Source of the DNA: Mobula birostris
Taxonomy: Eukaryota
Direction: 5' to 3'
DNA: 64,000 bases
Assembly: GCF_030028105.1 (NCBI RefSeq)
Contig: NC_092374.1
Span: forward strand, 46,075,016 to 46,139,015
Position 1 is the first letter of the stretch. Each line of letters starts with the position of its first letter. The translations under genes were made by a program, and so were the position numbers. The notes under the pieces are model-generated. The model was not told the origin of the DNA. It worked only from the letters and a program-made list of their open reading frames with translations, and searched no databases. Below are positions 11,412 to 23,759 of this stretch, piece by piece.

Positions 11412-12684
11412 CACAACACACATCAAAGTTGCTGGTGAACGCAGCAGGCCAGGCAGCATCTCTAGGAAGAGGTACAGTCGACATTTCGGGCCGAGACCCT
11501 TCATCAGGACTAACTGATGGAAGAGCTAGTAAGAGATTTGAAAGTGGGAGGGGGAGGGGGAGATCCGAAATGATAGGAGAAGACAGGAGGGGGAGGGATG
11601 GAGCCAAGAGCTGGACAGGTGATTGGCAAAAGGGATATGAGAGGATCATGGGACAGGAGGCCAAGAGAGAAAGAAAAGGGGGAGGGGGGTAAACCCCAGA
11701 TGATGGGCAAGGGGTATAGTCTGAGGGACGGAGGGAGAAAAAGGACAGAGAGGGAAAGAATGTGTGTATATAAATAAATAATGGATGGGGTACGAAGGGG
11801 AGGTGGGGCATTAGCAGAAGTTAGAGAAGTCGATGTTCATGCCATCAGGTTGGAGGCTACCCAGACGGAATATAAGGTGTTGTTCCTCCAACCTGAGTGT
11901 GGCTTCATCTTTACAGTAGAGGAGGCCGTGGATAGACATATCAGAATGGGAATGGGATGTGGAATTAAAATGTGTGGCCACTGGGAGATCCTGCTTTCTT
12001 TGGTGGACAGAGCGTAGGTGTTCAGCAAAACAATCTCCCAGTCTGCGTCGGGTCTCGCCAATATATAGAAGGCCACATCGGGAGCACCGGACGCAGTATA
12101 TCACCCCAGCTGACTCACAGGTGAAGTGTCGCCTCACCTGGAAGGACCGTCCAGGGCCCTGAATGGTGGTAAGGGAGGAAGTGTAAGGGCATGTGTAGCA
12201 CTTGTTCCGCTTACAAGGATAAGTGCCAGGAGGAAGATCAGTGGGGAGGGATGGCGGGGACGAAGACAAGGGAGTCGCGTAGGGAGCGATCCCTGCGGAA
12301 AGCAGAGAGAGGGGGGGAGGGAAAGATGTGCTTAGTGGTGGGATCCCGTTGGAGGTGGCGGAAGTTATAGAGAATAATATGTTGGACCCGGGGGCTGGTA
12401 GGGTGGTAGGTGAGGACCAGGGGAACCCTATTCCTAGTGGGGTGATGGGAGGATGGAGTGAGAGCAGATGTACGTGAAATGGGGGAGATGCGTTTGAGAG
12501 CAGAGTTGATGGTGGAGGAAGGGAAGCCCCTTTCTTTGAAAAAGGAGGACATCTCCCTCGTCCTGGAATGAAAAGCCTCATGTGGCGGAGATGGAGGAAT
12601 TGCGAGAAGGGGATAGCATTTTTGCAAGAGACAGGGTGAGAAGAGGAATAGTCCAGATAGCTGTGAGGAGAAGAGGAATAGTCC
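11412..12684 (-). mobile_element. Penelope-like element, 3' part with GIY-YIG endonuclease and pseudo-LTR
   Basis: VIYCVRCSRCGLLYIGETRRRL..F.EH...VATHFN; frameshifted ORFs 11811-12686 and 12238-12801. Confidence 0.93.
11474..11512 (-). ncRNA. Minimal type I hammerhead ribozyme in PLE pLTR
   Basis: Minus strand AGUC CUGAUGA AGGGUCUCGGCCC GAAA UGUC GACU: both core boxes intact, stem I AGUC/GACU, stem II GGG/CCC. Confidence 0.8.
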
Positions 12685-13287
12685 ATTGATAATTTTCAAA
12701 TGGTCAGGAACTTGTAAAGTAATTGCATACAGGGATCTTAGTGATGAAAGTAAGTCTTTAATTTTAAATCTTACATTTAATGTAAATAAATTAATCAGCA
12801 ATTAATTAGGTAGGTAAATGGATGCTGCTCTTTATTGTATGTGGCTATGGTAGAATCGCAAGAATAGTCTGCTATGATTGTAGAAAGACTGCATTTGCTG
12901 CATGCTGCTCTGGTTTATGTATGTGAAGGAGGATTTACTTGCCTTGAAGACAGTGAGAATAATGTCAGAGAATTGATTTTTGTGGTAAGGGGGTTGTTTC
13001 GTGTAGGTAGGTTGTTAAATTAGTTTATTATTGTCACATGCACCAAGGGTAGAGTGAAAAAGTCTTGTTTAGCATGGTGTCCTTAAAGATCATTTCATCA
13101 CATCAATACATTGAGGTACTACAAGGGAACAGTGGTAACAGAATACACAATGAAGTTTTTACAGTTACAGAGAAAGTACAGTCCAGGCAGATACCAGAGA
13201 GTGAAATTGGCCTGTGCTAAGTGGAGTTGCACAGAATTATTTTACTGAAACATAAAGGATCCAAAGAGGAAATGACAGGCTCGGTGT

Positions 13288-14138
13288 TGTTGGCCAGAAA
13301 GTACTACAGTCTGCAAATTGGTAAGCAGGAATAAGGCAAGGGTGGTGGAAGCAGACAAAGAAAAGTCTTTGTTCTTGCCATATAGTTGCAAGAATGGAGG
13401 CAGCCATTTTGTGAGACTACCCTTGTAGTCACCATTTTGTGAGCCGTTTGGTGAAATGGTCCTTGCTCAGGGATAACTTAATCAGAGCAATTGAACGTGG
13501 ACAGAATGAATTTTCTGCTGATGATCTGCTAAACATGAAGCAATTTTCAGATGAGATGTTATTATATAAATTTGTGTGCTTGTAGTCTTTGATCTGGTTT
13601 TCTGGGTCCAGTGTTTGGCTGGCCTCATTAAATTGGTTTGAACCAGTCTGAGTTGGAAAGAAAAAAGTAAATTACCTAGGGCATAAGTCTGGAAGAAAGA
13701 GCCATGAAGTAACACTGCTTGTAGCTTTGGGTCAGATTGAATGAGAAGCCTACACAGGTCAGTCAGATGAGCTTGAGTCAATGAAATTGAAATGTCTTAG
13801 ATTCATCTGATAAGGAAATGGATAAGAATGGATTTTGGTAGCATGGACAATGACAACTCTGTGGAAATCAACCATTATAGGAGTGGATAACCCCTATGGA
13901 AAATGAGGAGGATACATTAGGATCAAAAGAATCACCTGTGTAGTCCCCTTTTCCCAGATTTTACCTGTTCTATTCTTTGACTGCTCAAGGAGAGCCAGAA
14001 AACCTAAATGGACACACAGGTATTTAGATTTGTAAATTTGTGTGTTTGTTAACTGAGCCAATAAATATACTTGTCTGTAAAAATAGATTCTCTCTGTGCC
14101 TACCTGGTCATTATTGTTGAGATTTAATACCTGGAACA
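13288..14138 (+). mobile_element. Solo LTR
   Basis: TGTT...AACA ends, 4-bp TSD GTGT, AATAAA near the 3' end; diverged homologue at 30112-30885. Confidence 0.85.
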
Positions 14139-15695
14139 GTGTCCAGCCTGACTATTCTAACTGGACTATATATGACTGATGAGTTTTGTCTCAGAATAAA
14201 GGGAAAGCAAACATTCCTATAAACTGAGTATTCACTGTTTGTGAAATTCCCCATCTGAGGTTGCTTGTGCATTGAATAGATTTAAAGTCCAAATTGGTAA
14301 TTTTTTGGAGAAGGATATCAGAGGATATGAGAATGGGTGGGAAAGTGAATCAGATACAAAATAAACTGTGATGTTATTGAATAGTGGAGAATGGTTAATG
14401 AACATCCAGTCTCTTCCTGTCTTAATAAGTTCTTTTGTGTTTTCAACTTACGATTTGACCTCCATGATAGGGAGAAATTAAAAACATGATTTCATTCTGA
14501 ACACTGTCAGTTTAATTCTTCATCACACACATAATCTGTCCTTGCCCTTCCATACAGCATCAATGAAACTGAAGGAAATCTTCAATTGCATTTCATCTTT
14601 CCATAAGGTACTTTATAACCTTATAATTCCAACACTGAGTTCAATAATTTCAGACTACAATCTTTTTCTTGCATTATAGGTTCTTGAAATATTTCTGCTA
14701 TTGCCATTACAAATCTTCTACTCATCCAGCAAACCGTCTTTTCTAAAAGCTCCCTTCTGGAAAGTGCTTAAGGTTATTAAAACAAAAACTTCACAGCATT
14801 TTAAAAGTTTTCTTTTCCCCCAGGCAGTTAATCTGATCAACCAGATAGTTATATCTCTCTGTCAATTACCTCCTTCACTGCACTGCAAACATTTCAAACT
14901 CCTTTTTTATAATGCTACGTATATTGTAAATACATGCTGGTACTTATGCATATTTTATTCCATATCCTTACCTCTAACTTTATTTGTAGCTGATTTGTTG
15001 CATGTTGCACCAATACATCACTTCAAATTCCTAATACATGTAACTGTATATGATGAATAAAAATGATCCTTTCTCCTTGATCCTAGAATGAGTTAAACTC
15101 ATTCCTTATCTTATTTGAAAAAGTATTGTAGTTTTATACTTTGAACTCAAACCTGGTTCCAATTGCCCCCACATCCTAAAATGACTGGGACTCCAACTTC
15201 CTGAAATAATGGTCTGTTTTCAAAAATTATTTATATACGTTTGTACTATATGCTACATAGGTAAGATCTGCCCCCAGTGTTTTATATGCAGAACATAAGG
15301 AAAAGCTAGTTAACTGATAACATTGCTGTTGATGTGAGATCTCTGCAGTCTTGGCACGGGAAAGAAATGGGCACCTCCACGTACGTTGGACCTGTGTGGT
15401 CATTTCTGCTGATGCATCAGTTTGAATCACAATCATTTATCTCTTTCCACCAGTTTGCTTCATTCCATTTTCCTTTCCTGAAAGGTTTGAGTGCTTCATC
15501 AGGTATAATCATATAGATATTTGCTGGCAATTGGCGTCACAACCACGGACTCTGCCACCGGATCTGAGCGCCCTCGCAGACAGGCTGCAGAATGGGATTG
15601 GCAATCACGCTTCTGAGTAATGTTTCTCCCTTTCTCTTGTTTCAGTCTTGTTGAGTCCTGACCAAAACACAGCAATGTCAATGCTCCCTGCTTAC

Positions 15696-15739
15696 CTTTG
15701 TTCTTGCTCCAGGAAAGAAGGCTACCATTTAGTTTGATA
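15696..15739 (-). pseudogene. 44-nt putative cytoplasmic exon, paralogue of 25940-25980
   Basis: TTCACAG acceptor and AAG|GTAAG donor; flanks 15630-15965 align with 25880-26020 and 31832-31955. Confidence 0.5.
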
Positions 15740-17035
15740 CTGTGAAGGTGTGGTATTTGTTTAATGATAAATTACTGCTTCCAAGATGCAGTGTCGGTAT
15801 TGGCATTCAGTTTGAGAGTTTTAGTTAATGGTCCTGTTGGCCTACTAATTATTGCTTTTCCAGTAATTCAGCACTGTTTTTATTGAAAGTCAGCGATCTG
15901 TTCATCTGCTGCACTGTCTCTCTCTCTCTCTCTCTGCACTTGAGTAATCACTGCACACCCTTGTCAGCAAGGTTCAACCACAAAATGGAGCCTGAGGAGA
16001 GAGAACAGCTGACCATAGGTCTTGAGTTCATTAGTCAGCTAGGAGAGGAATTACAGTCAGTGGAAGCTGCATTGACAGAGGTGAATCATGCAGTTTGATA
16101 GATACTTGCAAAATAATAAGCCTAGCCCAAACTGAAGTTCATTGAGGAGAAGCTAAAATCTGTAGAGACTGGGTTGGCAGAAGTCTCTTGTGCAGTGTAG
16201 CAACTACTTTCAGTGCAGCAAACCCAGTCCAAACAAGAAGAACAGATGTCAGCCCTCGCAGCCTCAGACAGCCGGAATCAGGTGGCAGAGACAACTGCTC
16301 TCATGATCATGGTTTAGCAGCTTACTCCCAACAGCCAGAAACAGGTGGCAGCCCTTATCACTCTCGTTGCAGCAGTTCAGCAACCTTCAGCCGGGTCAGT
16401 CCTACTCCCGGCATCTCCCACATCCATCTCATCAACCTCGGCCAAAATGCCCCGACTCCTGTGATTGGAACAGGCCCAAGTATTTCCTTCACCAGGCAGA
16501 TACTTCGGTGACCCCACTGGCTGAGGGCAATTTATTACCCAGTGGGAACTGACTTTCCAAGCCCGGCCACATCAGTTTAGTGATAGTGTGTGTAAACTGG
16601 CTTACATGGTGAATCTCTTAGACAGGACCCCTCTCAAACTATTCAACACTCTATAGGGACAAGGTTACTCTGCAGCCCAGTCATTCCAGCAATTTGTAGT
16701 TGAGTTAAAGAAAGTTACGGGGTCAGGAGGCTGCCCACTGACTGCTGGACCTGTGCCAAGGGGAAGGGACAGTGAGGGACTACACAGTAAAGTCCTAATT
16801 GCTTATGGTTGAGACAGGGTGGAACAAGAGATCCCTCATCACTGTCTTTCAGCATGTGTTGAGCGCAGGGGTCCAGTGTGAGGTTGTGGTCTGCGATGAG
16901 CAGGAAAGCCTGGATGACCTCATAAATCAGGCCTTTCTAATTGACAACCGGGCAAATGAACCGCACAAAGATGGAAAGCCTTAAGCTTACTACTCCTTTG
17001 ATCACTGTCTGCCTTGACCCCCTTCCACATCTCAG

Positions 17036-18873
17036 AACAACATGAGAGAGGTCTGGAGGGGGATGAGGACCATCACTGGGTTCCGGCAAACTAGCAACAG
17101 AGGAGCTGAAGGCAGTGTGGACAGGGCCAACCAACTTAACCTGTTCTTTAACAGATTTGACATTGTGGCCCCTGCCCATCCCCTACATGAGTCATCTGTT
17201 GTCAGCCCCCAACCAATACATATTCCACTCTCCCCTCCTACCCCTCCTCACAGACCCCCACCCTGCTCTCATGACTATACCCCTTCCCCACACGAAACCA
17301 CCACGGTGGGCTTCACAGCTGAACAGGTGAGAAGACAGCTGAAACGTCTCAACCCAAGCAAGGCTGCCGGACTGGATGGTGTCAGTGCCAGGGTGCTCAA
17401 AGCCTGTGCCCCTCAGCTATGTGGAGTACTTTGCCACATCTTCAACCTGAGCCTGAGGCTCCAGAGAGTTCCTGTGCTGTGAAAGACGTCCTGCCTCGTC
17501 CCTGTGCCGAAGACGCCGTGCCCCAGCGGCCTCAATGACTACAGACCGGTGGCATTGACCTCCCACATCATGAAGACCCTGGAGAGACTTGTTCTGGAGC
17601 TGCTCCGGCCTATGGTTAGGCCATACTTAGATCCCCTCCAGTTCGCCTACCAGCCCCGACTAGGAGTTGAGGATGCCATCGTCTACCTGCTGAACCATGT
17701 CTATGCCCACCTGGACAAGACAGTGAGCACTGTGAGGGTCATGTTTTTTGACTTCTCCAGTGCGGTCAACACCATCTGCCCTGCTTTGCTGGGGGAGAAG
17801 CTGACAGCGATGCAGGTGGATGCTTTCCTGGTGTCATGGATTCTTGATTACCTGACTTGCAGACCACGGTACGTGTGCTTGCAACACTGTGTGCCCGACA
17901 GAGTGATCAGCAGCACTGGGACTCCACAGGGGACTGTCTTGTCTCCTTTTCTCTTCACCATTTACATTTCAGACTTCAACTACTGCACAGAGTCTTGTCA
18001 TCTTCAGAAGTTTTCTGATGACTCTGCCATAGTTGGATGCATCAGCAAGGGAGATGAGGCTGAGTACAGGGCTACGGTAGGAAACTTTGTCACATGGTGT
18101 GAGCAGAATTATCTGCAGCTTAATGTGAAAAAGACTAAGGAGCTGGTGGTAGATCTGAGGAGAGCTAAGGTACCGATGACCCCGGTTTCCATCCAGGGGG
18201 TCAGTGTGGACATGGTGGAGGATTACAAATACTTGGGGATACGAATTGACAATAAACTGGACTGGTCAAAGAACACTGAGGCTGTCTACAAGAAGGGTCA
18301 GAGCCATCTCTATTTCATGAGGAGACTGAGGTCCTTTAACATCTGCTGGATGATGCTGAGGATGTTCTACAAGTCTGTGGTGGACAGTGCTATCATGTTT
18401 GCTGTTGTGTGCTGGGGCAAAAGGCTGAGGGTAGCAGACACCAACAGAACCAACAAACTCATTCGTAAGGCCAGTGATGTTGTGGGGATGGAACTGGACT
18501 CTCTGATGGTGGTGTCTGAATAGAGGATGCTGTCTAAGTTGCATGCCATCTTGGACATTGTCTCCCATCCACTACATAATATACTGGTTGGGCACAGGAG
18601 TACATTCAGCCAGAGACTCATTCCACCGAGATGCAGCACAGAGCGTCATAGGAAGTCATTCCTGCCTGTGGTCATCAAACTTTACAACTCCTCCCTTGGA
18701 GGGTCAGACACCCTGAACCAATAGGCTGGTCCTGGACTTATTTCCTGGCATGATTTACGTATTACTATTTAACTATTTATGGTTTTATTACTATTTGTTA
18801 TTTATGGTGCAACTGTAATGAAAACCAATTTCTCCCGGGATCAATAAAGTATGACTAAGACTATGACTATGAC
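17036..18873 (+). mobile_element. Rex1/Babar-type LINE, RT region nearly intact
   Basis: 339-aa ORF 17504-18523 with NDYRPVALTS, DPLQFAY, FFDFSSA, GTPQG.VLSP.LF, FSDD; (GACTAT)n tail. Confidence 0.93.
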
Positions 18874-19431
18874 TACCCAGTACACAATCCGCAGAGGAGC
18901 CTTCGCAGTTGGGATGCATACACTTATCTCACGAGGAACGAGATTGGTACAGGAGAACAACTCCAGCCTCTGCTGTGGTGATTCAAGACAATTCCAGGCA
19001 TCATATCCCAAGTGCCCAGTAAAAGAGAACACACATCAGCAGAAGGGGGAGTTCTGACAGGTCAATTCTCCCGGCAAGCATTTTCCCCTAATCATGCAGT
19101 GCTCCCAGCTTCCTTGTTGTGGTGTCTCCCACCCATGATCTTCAGGCATTTATTGACTCTGGGTCCACTGGGAACCTCATGGATATTTGTCTGACTCAGA
19201 GATGAGGAGCTCCCACTCAACAATTGAAGGAGAATATTGACATCTACGGTCTTGATGCTAGTGTTCTGGGCACCAGCAAGATCCACCTTTCCACAATACC
19301 TCTCCAACTTGTGTTAGAAGGCATCCATAGGGAACTTCTGTTTCTATCTTGTTGATTCACCTGAACTGCCATTGGTGCTTGGCTTTCCCTGGCTGTCTCT
19401 ACACAACCCATGGATCTATTGGTTGCTTAAG

Positions 19432-20335
19432 AGGCTCCAAAAGCTAAGGAGAAAATGGTGCCTAATGGCAATTCCTTTGCTTGCATCTTCGGAAACAGCT
19501 CTATTTCTATCTTTAATATCTCTATTTTTCCTTTTCAAGGTTCTGTTGAAGACCCTGATCTGGAGTTACATGCTGACTTTGGTTCTTTGTGGAAATGGGG
19601 TCTCACGACTGGCCGTTCTTCGATATACCCTCGGTAATTTCTAAAGTAAGTACATGTTTGGCACAGCATTGTGGGCCGAAGGGCCTGTATTGTTCTGTAG
19701 TTTTTCTATGTTTCTATTCCAAGGACGTGGCCTAGAAGATTAGCTCACCTTCGAAGTTCTGGGATTTCCTGGTTCTGGAGGTGGGTGGACTCGTGGTCGG
19801 TGCCTCTGTGGGGAATCAGTATGCCGTGGGAGACGGAAAATCGAAAGCAGCAAGCGGGCTGCTGGTTGTGTGCCCAGAGATCTGGGTTCTTTGGGCACAG
19901 AGCTTGGAAAAAACGCCGCAATGGATTTTTAACATCGTAAATCAACAAGTTGTTTGTTATGTCTTCCCTTTCATTGTGAAACAGAGACATCTCTTTTTCC
20001 TTTATTAGGGAGAGAGAGAGCCTGTGGTATGCTGAACTACCGGGTGAACAAATAGTCTTTGGGGTTCTGCAATCTGTGTTTTTATTAATGATTTGCTGCA
20101 CGCTTGAATGCTCGGTTGGGGGGGTGCTGATGTTTTTTTTGTTGGTGGGGGAGATCATTGCTTTGCTACTGGTTATGCATGGGAGGGGGAATTGGGGGTG
20201 GGGCTTTGGGGTTCTAACATTTAACTGTCATTCATTCTTTGGGGCACTCCTCTGTTTTCATGGGTGGTTGAGAAGAAAAAGCATTTCAGGATGTATATTG
20301 TATACATTTCTCTGACATTAAATGTACCTTTGAAA
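19432..20335 (+). repeat. Non-coding interspersed retro-repeat, family A copy 1, with a CR1 3' tail inside (about 19626-19716)
   Basis: Colinear with 27580-28346 (AAGATGG start region; shared ...GACATTAAATGTACC end). Confidence 0.75.
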
Positions 20336-21003
20336 GCTTTGAAAGAGTGGGAACCGGCATGCCTGTCTGGGTCCAGCTCAAGTCTCTGTCAGCATATCCT
20401 CTCCTGTGCCTGCTGCTACTGTGTACCTGGCTGGCATTCCGGCTGAAGATACCGATCTTCTTGAGTCTTCAGTAAAAAGAAGGCCATCTCCCTGCCTCCA
20501 CACCAGCCATACAACTGTGCCTTTGACCTCTTACCTGGTACTTGTCACCCCCCCCCCAGGGCTGGCCCTTTTTTCTCGCTCTCATCCTGAAATAGTGGCC
20601 ATGGAAATGTACATTACGGAGCCTGAGGATTTACAGCATCAGTTTGTCAACCTTGCCAGTGGGGGTGGATTTCTTTTTTGTGAGCAAGAAGGATGGCAAG
20701 TTCCATCCCTGCATTGATTATCGGCTCTTCAACAACATCAGTGAAGTACCGCTATGCTCTTCCTCTGCATTTGCACATCTTCAAGGAGCAACCATATTTA
20801 CCAAGATAGATATGCGCAATACTTACAACCTGGTTCATACCCCAGAAGGGGACCAGTGGAAGACAGCATTCAACACCTCCACTAGCCACTATGAGTACCT
20901 GCTGATACCCTTTGCCCTGGTTAACACCCTTGCTGTTTTTGAAGCCCTTTCAGGTCAGTGATATGCTCCAGGACACGTTGAATCAGTTTGTTTTTGTGCA
21001 TCA

Positions 21004-21692
21004 GGAGGAGAGGAGAAGATGGCGGGGCGACGCAGCGCGCGCGGCCGCTCCAAAATGATATTGTATTTGTAAGTAGGATGCCGAGCACAATCCTGATTTG
21101 ATGGAGACAGCCGTGAGAAGCACGGAGGAACATCTGGAGTAACTTCTGAAATGCCTGCTTCGCTGCCGCTGCTACTGTGTGAGCAAGAATCTCTGGAGGG
21201 GAAGGCTTCAGATCCTTGGCCTTGCCTATTGCCTGTTGCTGGGGCCGGGGTCAAAGCGCTCGGCAGAGATGGTGCTCGGTACTCGGTGTCAGAGGGTTTG
21301 TCAGAGGCTCGAAGTTTTTGGACGGACTCAGAGTCGGCTGTGGTCGGGTGCTTCCAGGGTGCTGCATCTGCAAGTTTGTGGCGCTGGAGGTTCATGGCAG
21401 GGAGAGTTTTTCTTCCTTCTACTGTCTGCGTGAGATGATGGGACTTTCAAGAGACTTTGAGACTATATTTTTTACCGTGCCCATGGTCTGTTCTTCTATC
21501 AAATTATGGTATTGCTTTGTGCTGTTGTAACTATATGTTATAATTATGTGGTTTTTGTCAGTTTTTTTAGTCTTGGTTTGTCTTGTGTTTCTGTGATATC
21601 ATTCTGGAGGAACATTGTATCATTTCTTAATGCATGCATTGCTAAGTGACAATAAAGAGGACTGCATGTCATCATAATCTAATCTAATCTAA
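21004..21692 (+). repeat. Non-autonomous retro-repeat (family B) with (TAATC)n tail
   Basis: GC-rich AAGATGGCG head, AATAAA plus short tandem tail; splits the Gypsy RT motif FVFV..L..ILI. Confidence 0.7.
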
Positions 21693-21736
21693 TTTGAACA
21701 ACATTCTTATCTGTTCCCGCTATTGCCAGGAATAGG

Positions 21737-23450
21737 TCTGAAGGTGGATAAGTCACCTAGACCAGATGGACTACACCCTTGAGTTCTGAAAGAGGTGGCT
21801 GGGGAGATGGTGGAGGCTTTGGTCATGATCTTTCTGTGATCCTAAGGTTATCGTAGCCAGGAATGGTAGTAAGGATAAGCTCCCATTACCTATAAAGTGC
21901 TCCAAATGGCGTGCGTCACTAACAGCCTCTGACAACCAAGTACAACGCTTGGCCTTTAAGTGTGGCTTAGCTACTAGGCCCGCTGAGACTGTTTCTACTG
22001 ACAAGAGAAGGGGCAAAGGTGGACCACTGGCGCCTCAAAACCAGTTGCTTCAGGCAGATGGGGCTCGTCAGCCTTGGACGGCAGCCGCATAGGAGAAGGA
22101 AAACTCTGATTTTAAACCTCCACTGCCTTGTACTCTTACCCACCCATGGAAAAGGCTTCAGGAGTAAATTCTGAGGAAGAAATTCAGATCCAGGGTCCCT
22201 AAGGGAGTTTGATGTTGGTTACAACTTCACTCTGGCAACCTCTGCGATGACACTGGTGCCAAGCTGTATTGGCGCTTGTTCTTCCTTTGGACTACATCAG
22301 TGACGTGGAGAGGGGGAACCCGCTGCATGGGCAATAGCCGGTTCTTCAAATCTTCCTGCCCAGGCGGGAAGGACACAGTCCACCAGAGGCACAAAACCAT
22401 GATCCCCTGGGATCGATGGCTGCCTACTACTACTACTGCTACTAGATACTGGTATGGTTTTGGAGGATTGGAAAATTGCAAATGTCACTCTTCTCTTCAA
22501 GAGGGGAGGGAGGCAGAAGAAAGGAAATTATAGGTCAGTTGACCTGACTTCAGCGGTCGAGAAGATTTTGAAGTTGATTGTTCAGGTTGACGTCTCAGGA
22601 TACATGGAAGCACATGATAAAATAGGCCAAAGTCAGCATGGTTTCTTTAAGGGAAAAGCTTGTCTGACAAATCTGTTGTAATTCTTTGAGGAAATAATAA
22701 GCAGTACAGACAAAGGAGAATTGGTGGATTGTGCACTTGGAATTTCAGAAGACATTTGACAAGATGCTGCAATTGAGGGTGTTTAACAAGATAAGAGCCC
22801 ATGATATTACAGGAAAGACACCACCAAAGCTAGAGGATTGGCTTATTGGCAGGAGCCAAAGAGTGGGAATAAAGGGAGCCTTTTCTGGTTGGCTGCTGGT
22901 GACTAGTGGTGTCCTGTAGGAGTTGGTTTTGGGATCCCTTCTTTTTACATTGTATGTCAATGATTTGGATGATGGAAGTTTTCAGATAATATGAAGATAG
23001 GTGGAGGGACAGGTCTTGTTGAGGAAGCAGGGAGGCTGCAAATAGACTTGGACAGATTGGGAGAATAGGCAAATAGAATGGATTGTCAGGAAGTGTATGG
23101 TCATGCACTTTGGTAGGAAGAACAAAAACAAAATGTTTTCTAAATGTGGAAGGGCCAAGACAATATGGATGTGGAGAGGATATTTCCAATAGTCGCTGAG
23201 TCTGAATAGAGGGACGTCCATTTAGAATGGAGATGAGGAGGAACTTCTTCACCCAAAAGGTGGTGAACCTGTAGAATTCATTGCCAGATTGTTTGGGTTA
23301 TTTAAAGTAAATGTTGATAGGCTCTTGAATAGTAATGGCATGAAACATTATGGGGAGAAGGCAGGAGAATGGATCAGCCATGATGAAATGATGGAGCAGA
23401 TTCAATGGGTTGAATGGCCGAATTCTGCTTCTATCTCTTATGGTCTTACA
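21737..23450 (+). mobile_element. CR1 ORF2 remnant
   Basis: EDWKIANVT..FK.G...NYR, SQHGF.KGK.CLTNL; CR1 3' UTR near 23400. Confidence 0.9.
21838..22444 (+). mobile_element. RTE-related non-autonomous element with (CTA)n tail, inside CR1
   Basis: GGAGAAGGAAAACTCTGATTTTAAACC motif typical of RTE 5' regions; microsatellite tail; CR1 frame resumes after it. Confidence 0.55.
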
Positions 23451-23759
23451 TCATGTGGTGAATATGTCTAGTATGTCCAGAGGGTTCTCAGATGACTTCT
23501 CAAGAACAAACATTCTGCCAAACCAGAAAGTGTGAATTCCATAAAGAGCAGCTGTCATTCTTGGGCTATATCCTCACCCTTTGCATTGTTCAAATCACCC
23601 CATGTGAAGTTCAGGAAGCCACACAATACCCCAAACCATATCAGTCACACAGGTGAAGTTCTTCTTGGGGTTTGCAAACTTTCATCACCACTTCATCAGA
23701 AACCTCAGTTCCTTAGCGGCTCCCATAAATGCAGTCACCAAGTAGACTCAGCAGGATTC

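Larger units (their letters stand above)
15965..23750 (+). mobile_element. Decayed Ty3/Gypsy (sushi-like) element, interrupted several times
   Basis: gag about 16480-16980; protease AFIDSG near 19150; RT FFFVSKKDG..CIDYR, FTKID, WKTAF...HYEYL.IPF 20640-21000; RT resumes at 21693 and about 23452. Confidence 0.85.

Noticed and set aside
14550-14610. SINETEG..L.(C)IFP, an NKp30-like V start
   Set aside because: Too short and no downstream V motifs found.
16400-16980. PEG10/RTL-like domesticated gag
   Set aside because: Broken by stops and frameshifts and followed by decayed pol; an ordinary Gypsy relic.
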